A stretch of 42,232 nucleotides of DNA from a virus. Its lineage: Duplodnaviria; Caudoviricetes. Below, piece by piece: positions 36,697 through 42,232 of the stretch (within the stretch, counting starts at the first letter, position 1; each line of letters begins with the position of its first letter). The stretch lies in IMG/VR virus record IMGVR_UViG_3300044723_008778, positions 1 through 42,232 of that record. The stretch is one strand, 5' to 3'. Below the pieces are notes generated by a model. That model ran no database searches. It was not told where the DNA came from and saw only the letters and a list, made by a program, of their open reading frames with translations. The position numbers and the translations under genes were made by a program.

Positions 36697-36915
36697 TCAG
36701 TTGAGTGCTCTACTCTTCCTGTCTTGGCCGTTGGATGAGCCACTGCCGTGTGCCAGTTGCATATTGTAAGACCAAGCGGCAAGATGTGAAACGGCGCCGA
36801 TCAACAGCAGCGCGTATCCAACGTATTGAACAGCTGATGAATGATTCAGAGCTGACACAATCAGCTCTCTCACCAAGATGATCGTTGTGCCGCATAGCAC
36901 CAGCAGCTTAGACAT
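36697..36915 (-). CDS. Small two-helix membrane protein
   Basis: 72 aa; exactly fills the gap between the NUDIX and GroEL-like genes; two hydrophobic segments and a charged C-tail. Confidence 0.5.
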   Translation of the reverse strand: MSKLLVLCGTTIILVRELIVSALNHSSAVQYVGYALLLIGAVSHLAAWSYNMQLAHGSGSSNGQDRKSRALN

Positions 36916-37387
36916 TGATGTACTCCTTTTCGATCAGTTCGACCATACCTGTGATGGGATCAACCAGAGATGGCATGCACTTGTCTTTCATCTCTTCTAG
37001 CGTCATCCAAGCGTACTCTACATGCTCCAGCTCACCTGTTTCTGGATTTTCTTCTAGAGTCACCTCGCCATCCATGTTCATGCCAAGAAACAAGTGGAGG
37101 CTCCCGTGTTGCAAGTGAATCCGACTCAGAACCTTGAAATCCTCATCAGAGATCAAGCCCGTTTCTTCTGCCGTCTCCCTGATGGCTGCATCCAGCGGCT
37201 CCTCTCCGTTCTCGATGATGCCTTTTGGAAGATCCCACTCGCCATACTCACCATTGGCTCCGTAGCACCACTCGTTCTCGCAGTTGGCCACACGGATCGT
37301 CAGGAACCGCAGATCTTGCACTCTATAGACGATGCCAGGGTACTGATCTGCTAGCAGGATGCCTGCTGCTTGCTTTGCGTGCTTCAT
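36908..37387 (-). CDS. NUDIX hydrolase (Ap4A hydrolase-like)
   Basis: WDLPKGIIENGEEPLDAAIRETAEETGL Nudix box and EH..Y.W motif. Confidence 0.9.
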   Translation of the reverse strand: MKHAKQAAGILLADQYPGIVYRVQDLRFLTIRVANCENEWCYGANGEYGEWDLPKGIIENGEEPLDAAIRETAEETGLISDEDFKVLSRIHLQHGSLHLFLGMNMDGEVTLEENPETGELEHVEYAWMTLEEMKDKCMPSLVDPITGMVELIEKEYINV

Positions 37388-37396
37388 TTCATAGCC

Positions 37397-39016
37397 TCAC
37401 TTGATGGTTGCTGCCAAGTTCTCTGGTAGCATGTTCACGTTCTTGGATGCGAATCGATGCCAATCTTCATCCAAGATGTACGTCACTGCGAAGTCAGCCT
37501 CGTTCCTAACGGATCGACCAACTGACTGCACGATCGTCTTTGTGGTCTCGTAGTCGTACCACCACTTCCACTTGTACATGCGCTTCTTGATGAGCTTGTC
37601 GCCTAGGTACGGGAACGGAACCTTGCACAGGACCTGGAATCGAGACAGATCGTCTCGCAAGTCCACGCCCTCCTGCATGCTTGGGCTCACCAACACCGTG
37701 GCCTCTTTCGAGCTCATGTGCTGCTGCAGAACATCATCCCTGTTCGAGCTGTCGTGCGTGAGCAGCCGACGGGATCTGACGTTGTTCATGATGAAGTTGG
37801 CCACCTTGTAGCTGTGAGCGTGGATGATCCCCTTCTCGCCTGGGTGGGCGTCGAGGATCATCTGAACAGCCTGTGCCATCTTTGGCAGCGTGTTGTTGAT
37901 GTTGCTGGCGTTCATCTTGCCGACGCCTGAGAACGCGACCGGTCGATTCTCGAGCGGGAACGGGCTGTCAAGCTTGATGTATCCTGCCTGCTCAGGCTTG
38001 ATGCCGAGCAGCTGGCAGAACTTTTCCTTCGAGATGATCGTTGCGGACATCAGGACGATCTTGTCAGCCCGGTTGAATACCATCTCGGTGGCGAAGTCGC
38101 TGACATCGATGGGCTTGAACTCGAACTTGGCAAGAGATCGACCGTCAGCAGGAACGAAGTCGAAGACCCAGTTGTCCTTGTCGTAGGTCTCCAAAAACCT
38201 GTTGATCTTGCAGACGTGCTTGTCCAGAAGCTCGATCTGAGACGCGATCTTCTCGAACTGAGCCAACCGGCTCGCTGAGCCAATGAGCGTCTTGACGTCG
38301 CTCTGGAGACGTGCCAAGCGTGTTTTCGCCTTAGGCATGTAGGTCTCCTTGATCCACTTGATGGCAGCGGCTTGCGTGAGCTTGCCAGGAAAGTCTAGCT
38401 TGAGAGCCTGCTTCGCGAATCGTTCCGTGACAGCGATCTCAACGAACTTGCTCAGCTCTGACACCAAGTTGTGCGCCTCATCAATGACAAGCACGCGCTT
38501 CTCCTCCAGCTGGCCGCTGTAGTAGGTCTCGGCCAAGAAGTAGGAGTAGTTGGTCACTCCGAGATCACCATCAATGAACTCGCGTTTGTGCTTCTTGTAG
38601 ATGCAGTTACGAGTGCAGATCGAGTGGTGCTTCGTGCCTGTGTTGCCGGCTTTCAGGATCCGCATGCCTTCGGCACACGAGATCCCCTTCGTTCCCTGGC
38701 AGCGGAAGTTCGAAGACGACCTGATGCTGAGCATCCCTTGAGACTTGGAGAAGTCCCTCTCGTACTGATCCTGTAGGATCTTCTGAGTCGTCAGGAAGTA
38801 GGAACCCCTTCGCTTGAGCATCGTGTTCTTGCTCGGTAGCGCATTGAGATACCCTGATGCTGCGACCGCGATCGCTGATTTGCCAACGCCAGTCTCTGCA
38901 TCCACGATGAAGAACTTCTTATCGTCCTCGACGAGGGCTTTCTGCAGAGCATTCAACGCTTCCCGCTGTGCTTCTCGGATCTGAGGGAACGGAAAGTGTG
39001 ACTCAATGTTGTGCAT
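37397..39016 (-). CDS. DinG/XPD-family SF2 helicase with Fe-S cluster
   Basis: Start reassigned to MHNIE. Q-motif (REAQ), AETGVGKS, four Cys, IDEAH, MSAT, EGVD, KVPFP, QSVGRSVR. Confidence 0.92.
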   Translation of the reverse strand: MHNIESHFPFPQIREAQREALNALQKALVEDDKKFFIVDAETGVGKSAIAVAASGYLNALPSKNTMLKRRGSYFLTTQKILQDQYERDFSKSQGMLSIRSSSNFRCQGTKGISCAEGMRILKAGNTGTKHHSICTRNCIYKKHKREFIDGDLGVTNYSYFLAETYYSGQLEEKRVLVIDEAHNLVSELSKFVEIAVTERFAKQALKLDFPGKLTQAAAIKWIKETYMPKAKTRLARLQSDVKTLIGSASRLAQFEKIASQIELLDKHVCKINRFLETYDKDNWVFDFVPADGRSLAKFEFKPIDVSDFATEMVFNRADKIVLMSATIISKEKFCQLLGIKPEQAGYIKLDSPFPLENRPVAFSGVGKMNASNINNTLPKMAQAVQMILDAHPGEKGIIHAHSYKVANFIMNNVRSRRLLTHDSSNRDDVLQQHMSSKEATVLVSPSMQEGVDLRDDLSRFQVLCKVPFPYLGDKLIKKRMYKWKWWYDYETTKTIVQSVGRSVRNEADFAVTYILDEDWHRFASKNVNMLPENLAATIK

Positions 39017-39051
39017 GGCTAGCCTTGCTGGTAGGTTACAACTGCTTGCCA

Positions 39052-39080
39052 ATTTTATCTGGCAGATGCGCAGTTTACAG
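39052..39080 (-). promoter_or_regulatory. Possible sigma70-type promoter CTGTAA-N17-TAAAAT for the helicase operon
   Basis: Good -10 and weak -35 in the intergenic gap. Confidence 0.35.
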
Positions 39081-39419
39081 CTACCGGTCGTTTTTAGGCA
39101 GCCGGCTCATGTTGAACGACGGAAATTCCGAGTCTGCCTGCATGATCTCGCGGCGCATGCGATCAGCGACTTGACGCGCCCAGTTGTCTGCATCAACCTT
39201 CGAGTTGAAGTACTTGATCTCCTCATCGGCTGTGTAGCCCCTGTACTGCTTCTCTGGCTTGATGTGAGCAACCCACTTGCCGTCAGACAGGAAGTCAATG
39301 ACAACCACTAGCTCTGGATAGTGCTCGAAGTTCATGGGCATCGTCTGGACAGACTTGTAGCCCCTGCCGATCTCCTCCTTGATGAGCTCCCGAACGTATC
39401 GCCTGAGATCAACTAGCAT
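39081..39419 (-). CDS. Hypothetical protein with LRRYVRELIKEE N-terminal motif
   Basis: Start reassigned to MLVDL (TGATG overlap with the upstream stop). Confidence 0.65.
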   Translation of the reverse strand: MLVDLRRYVRELIKEEIGRGYKSVQTMPMNFEHYPELVVVIDFLSDGKWVAHIKPEKQYRGYTADEEIKYFNSKVDADNWARQVADRMRREIMQADSEFPSFNMSRLPKNDR

Positions 39420-40063
39420 CAATCGTCTTCCCCAACAGACTCTGGCGGCAGATCGTCTCCCTTGGCCACTAGCTTCAGGTCCTTGGTGTAGACGCACCAA
39501 GCCACTGGATGCCCGGTGCCGCGCTTGGAACCAGCAACGTCTTCACCCACTTCAGTCAGGTTAGCGAACGGTCCTCGACGGCCCCAGTTGCCAACATGCA
39601 GCAGTTTTCCGTTCGCAGGGCTCTTGATGACGCAGACGGCGTGACCGGCCAATTTTCCAGTCTTGCGTCCGTTCTCGACCTTTGCCCATCCCTGCCCGAA
39701 GAACAGCGGATCGAACTTAGGATCGATCACGTTTACTGCCCAAGACGTGAAATCATCGCAGTCAAGAGCGCCTTCAGGCTGCTCTCGACCAGCATCGATC
39801 TCGTTGAGGCAGTGCTGCACCCAATGTGGCGATCCCACAGAATCCCAAGCCTCCCTGAATCCATCCTTCGTCCAAGTGAGCTTGTTCATCTGTTCCTGCG
39901 CCTCGATTGGTGTGAGACCGCTCTGCAACTCCACGTCTTCGTACTTCTTGTGGTGCATGAGACGATAGGTCTTTGCCCAACCGGGATAGATTCTCAAGAT
40001 GTGCGCAAGCGCCATGAGCTTCTGGATGAACCAGATGTAAACATTGATCGCGATTTTCTTCAT
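39419..40063 (-). CDS. Transglutaminase-like / cysteine-protease-fold protein
   Basis: LDCDDF (catalytic Cys), GHAVCV (His), VGNW; hydrophobic N-terminus; SD GAGG. Confidence 0.65.
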   Translation of the reverse strand: MKKIAINVYIWFIQKLMALAHILRIYPGWAKTYRLMHHKKYEDVELQSGLTPIEAQEQMNKLTWTKDGFREAWDSVGSPHWVQHCLNEIDAGREQPEGALDCDDFTSWAVNVIDPKFDPLFFGQGWAKVENGRKTGKLAGHAVCVIKSPANGKLLHVGNWGRRGPFANLTEVGEDVAGSKRGTGHPVAWCVYTKDLKLVAKGDDLPPESVGEDD

Positions 40064-40089
40064 GTCTTCCTCTTAGAGAGCGACGCAAA

Positions 40090-40097
40090 TAAGTATG
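40090..40097 (-). promoter_or_regulatory. Candidate late promoter motif CATACTTA
   Basis: Overlaps the base of the hsp20 terminator; 26 nt upstream of ATG 40063. Confidence 0.6.
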
Positions 40098-40121
40098 GGG
40101 CAGAGCCGAAACTCTGCCCCA
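40096..40121 (-). terminator. Probable intrinsic terminator after hsp20
   Basis: TGGGGCAGAG-TTTCGG-CTCTGCCCCA followed by TACTTATTT. Confidence 0.78.
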
Positions 40122-40143
40122 CACCAACCCTAAGAAACTGCTG

Positions 40144-40593
40144 TTACGCGATCGAGATCTTCTTGACTTCCGGCTCGACGGCCTCTTTCACCGGGATCCG
40201 GAGCTCGAGCACGCCGTTCTCCATCTTCACGCTGATCGCATCGAGATCGTGGTTGTCATAGGCCTCGCGAGCCCACTTGTAAGACTCGCTCTTGTTGGTC
40301 CCCTCGCTCGCAACGGTCCTGACGGTGACAAGACGCCCCTTGACGGTCACCTCGAAGTCTTCTCTCGTCCGGCCAGGCGCAGCAACGATGTGCGTGAGGC
40401 CCTCTTCGGTGTGTGTAGTCACGCCTCGAACGTAAAAGAGCGACGGCGCCTTCTCGATGCTTGCCGGAGTCCGCAGCAGCCAGCTGTTCCAACCGTTTTC
40501 ATCAGGGTGCAACATGGGATACATCAACTCCATCAGCGGAGAGTAGATGGAAGAGTTCTTGAGAGCTGGGCGATTGAGCGCGTTCGATCCCAT
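40144..40593 (-). CDS. Small heat-shock protein (Hsp20/alpha-crystallin)
   Basis: APGRTREDFEVTV and ISVKMENGVLELRIP...KKISI (IxI motif); SD AAGGAG favours the MGSN start. Confidence 0.85.
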   Translation of the reverse strand: MGSNALNRPALKNSSIYSPLMELMYPMLHPDENGWNSWLLRTPASIEKAPSLFYVRGVTTHTEEGLTHIVAAPGRTREDFEVTVKGRLVTVRTVASEGTNKSESYKWAREAYDNHDLDAISVKMENGVLELRIPVKEAVEPEVKKISIA

Positions 40594-40617
40594 TTCATCT
40601 CCTTTGCTATGGGACAT

Positions 40618-41007
40618 CTAGAACTTAGACACGACGTGATCGAATAACACCGTGAACTTTCGCTTCGCGCTCTTTTTTTCCACTTCGTAGATGTCCATCT
40701 CGGCAACGCTTTGGTTGATCGAGCGCCTGAGCTTTGCCTTGCTGCTCTTCGTGAGGCTTCGAAAGAGGTCAGCCAAGAGAGAATGGGCATCCTTTTCGGC
40801 ATTGCGCTTCTCCTCCATCGATCTGATCACCCGAGCTGCATGCAGCGCTTCGCTGAACTGGGAGAAGTGCTTCATGCCCTCCCTCTCCACAGCGTGGCGA
40901 CAGATCGCCTCCAGCATCTTCGTTCGACCGAGAGGAAACTTGGTCGAGCCCAGCAGGGCGTAAAGCGGGTGAGAAGAGAGTGGATTTCTATCTTTCGCTT
41001 CTGCCAA
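40618..41007 (-). CDS. Hypothetical basic protein
   Basis: 129 aa; TTG start with SD GGAG; upstream of hsp20. Confidence 0.5.
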   Translation of the reverse strand: MAEAKDRNPLSSHPLYALLGSTKFPLGRTKMLEAICRHAVEREGMKHFSQFSEALHAARVIRSMEEKRNAEKDAHSLLADLFRSLTKSSKAKLRRSINQSVAEMDIYEVEKKSAKRKFTVLFDHVVSKF

Positions 41008-41093
41008 CCAAGCTCTCCATGAGACTTAGGATCAACAGGCCGGTGACAGTTTTTGTCACTTGCCAGGTCACGACCGCTCCCATCATCAAGCCG

Positions 41094-41342
41094 CTACCGA
41101 CCCTCGACGAGAGCCTCTTTCTCTGCTCTGCTGAGAGACTTGATCTCAGCCTCTCGGCGCAGGGCCCCGGATCGACTCTCTGCATCCTCCCTCCACACGA
41201 GCTCGGCCGGCCTTCTCGAGCGCACGTACTTCGAGCCCTTGCCCGAGTTGTGCTCCTTCACGCGCCGATCCACATCGGTCGTGATGCCCGTGTAGAGAGA
41301 CCCGTCAGAGCAGAGCAGCATGTATACCGACCAGTTCTTCAT
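41094..41342 (-). CDS. GIY-YIG nuclease (YazA/UPF0213-like)
   Basis: VYMLLCSDGSLYTGITTDVDRRVKEHNSGKGSKY...ALRREAEIK. Confidence 0.92.
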   Translation of the reverse strand: MKNWSVYMLLCSDGSLYTGITTDVDRRVKEHNSGKGSKYVRSRRPAELVWREDAESRSGALRREAEIKSLSRAEKEALVEGR

Positions 41343-41347
41343 GAGAG

Positions 41348-41355
41348 TAAGTATG
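41348..41355 (-). promoter_or_regulatory. Candidate late promoter motif CATACTTA
   Basis: Between the tmRNA 3' end and the GIY-YIG ATG (5-nt gap, no SD). Confidence 0.55.
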
Positions 41356-41369
41356 GGATCGGACCCAAG

Positions 41370-41712
41370 TGGAGACGGAGGGAGTCGAACCCTCGTGTAC
41401 GAAACTTTAGCAAACCGCCTTCATCACGACCATCAGCTCGATTCATTTCCGGACAGCCTCACATCGAGCAGCCTAGCGTCCGGTTTTCACCTCGTCTCGT
41501 CTCAGGCTCGGTGAGTTCCTGAAACCAGCCTCCTAGTATTCCAGTCACATCAGGAGCAGTGGCTCATCCTGGGCGACCGTCGCAGCCCTCAGGCTGCGAT
41601 AGCGTATTCAACGTTTGTGTTGGCAGCTAGTTGCTTGCGGGTTTTGAGAGGGCCACCCGCACCCTCGGTCGTAGCGGAATGTTCGGATCCGTATCGAAAC
41701 CAGTGCATCCCC
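41370..41712 (-). ncRNA. ssrA: tmRNA (343 nt), tag peptide (A)ANTNVEYAIAA*
   Basis: 5' GGGGAUG pairs with 3' CGUCUCC-A including the G3.U70 Ala identity pair. T-arm GAGGG-UUCGACU-CCCUC; pk1 GAGGG/CCCUC plus UGCGGG/CCCGCA; resume context UAGCU-GCC; tag ORF 41624-41589 with the stop in a hairpin. CCA is not encoded. Confidence 0.96.
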
Positions 41713-41725
41713 GTTATTCGAACTT

Positions 41726-41743
41726 ATCGCCCTTGCGGGCGAT
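41726..41743 (-). other. GNRA-loop hairpin in the tmRNA leader
   Basis: ATCGCCC-GCAA-GGGCGAT, downstream of an extended -10-like TGcTAGAAT (41755-41763). Confidence 0.55.
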
Positions 41744-41767
41744 TTACAGAAGAAATTCTAGCAGCCC

Positions 41768-42160
41768 TTACGGGTTCCTGACGGCGCGATGCCTTTTGGC
41801 GTAGTCCGCAGTCGGATCGAGGTTGGGGCCGTAGAGAAGCAGTAGTGTGATCATCCTGCCAACCTCGTCGTCGCCAGCTCGAGAGGCCACGATTCGGTAA
41901 AGAGGCATGTAGAGATCGCCGAGTGTAACTCTCTCACCGCCACTCACACCAGACTTGGCCGACTTCAGTCGATCCTCGAGCTCCTGACTGATACTGCCAG
42001 CAGTGTTCATCAGTGCCTCTACGGCCGAGATCACTTGAGCCGCCATGTAGCCAACGACCTCGCCGTCAGCCCATGACTCTCGCTCAGCGCGTTCATCCAC
42101 TGACACCATCTCGAACTCTTCTCTGATGATTCGTCTGAGTTGTCGCTTTGTGATTTTCAC
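41768..42160 (-). CDS. Hypothetical protein with MKITKRQLRRIIREE N-terminal motif
   Basis: GTG start with SD AAGGA; 130 aa. Confidence 0.7.
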   Translation of the reverse strand: MKITKRQLRRIIREEFEMVSVDERAERESWADGEVVGYMAAQVISAVEALMNTAGSISQELEDRLKSAKSGVSGGERVTLGDLYMPLYRIVASRAGDDEVGRMITLLLLYGPNLDPTADYAKRHRAVRNP

Positions 42161-42171
42161 TTTAGTATTCC

Positions 42172-42232
42172 TTATCTATAACTGTGAATCATATCAGCCA
42201 AAAGGCGGAAGGCTTGCTTCTTGATGCCCGGC
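42172..42232 (-). CDS. Probable 3' end of a gene entering from outside the window
   Basis: Open frame PGIKKQAFRLLADMIHSYR* whose TAA overlaps the SD of the next gene. Confidence 0.35.
   Translation of the reverse strand, partial: PGIKKQAFRLLADMIHSYR

Noticed and set aside
36697-36915. Holin call for the two-helix membrane protein
   Set aside because: There is no adjacent endolysin and it lies in a helicase/NUDIX operon, so topology alone is insufficient.
41094-41342. Homing endonuclease or intron associated with the tmRNA
   Set aside because: At 82 aa it is a catalytic-domain-only YazA-type protein without a DNA-binding extension, and it lies outside the uninterrupted tmRNA.
41370-41400. 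tRNA gene suggested by the GGTTCGACTCC T-arm
   Set aside because: There is no anticodon arm at tRNA distance. The matching acceptor strand lies about 340 nt away with pk1 and a tag ORF between, so it is tmRNA.
40980-41522. 180-aa plus-strand ORF and other small ORFs over the tmRNA
   Set aside because: They are antisense to GIY-YIG and tmRNA and have no protein-like features.
1-42232. Stop-codon reassignment as seen in some jumbo phages
   Set aside because: Conserved enzymes are full length in the standard code, and TAA, TAG and TGA all end genes at tight junctions.

Overview
This window is a segment of a large lytic bacteriophage genome, most likely a jumbo myovirus with a contractile tail. 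It uses the standard genetic code with Shine-Dalgarno signals, and all convincing genes but one are on the minus strand. In coordinate order: (i) 1-11 kb, a baseplate/tail module (LamG-containing wedge protein, gp6/gpJ-like wedge, gp25-like, gp5-like spike); (ii) a T4 gp55-like phage sigma factor; (iii) 12.4-29.4 kb, a very large glycan-synthesis locus with eight glycosyltransferase genes (GT4-like, GT2, GT11, CgeB-like, fungal-type GT15), Gmd/Fcl, a WbpB/WbpE-like oxidoreductase-aminotransferase pair, a nucleotidyltransferase, two methyltransferases and two sulfotransferases, interrupted by a Cas4-like nuclease; (iv) a HAD phosphatase, a Gly-rich repeat fibre, PIN-PhoH, a standalone sigma region-4 protein, an Hc1 histone-like protein, a degenerate GroEL-like protein, NUDIX, a DinG helicase, Hsp20, GIY-YIG and an intact tmRNA (tag ANTNVEYAIAA). 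Hand reading also shows a recurrent intergenic motif CATAYTTA (candidate late promoter), an 8-bp tandem array and strong enrichment of the tripeptide [S/T]-[G/A]-S in a subset of virion proteins. The best candidate for an undescribed system is phage-encoded virion O-glycosylation with a fucosylated, methylated and sulfated glycan attached at [S/T]-[G/A]-S sites. All functional calls come from recognising motifs by eye; no database searches were run.
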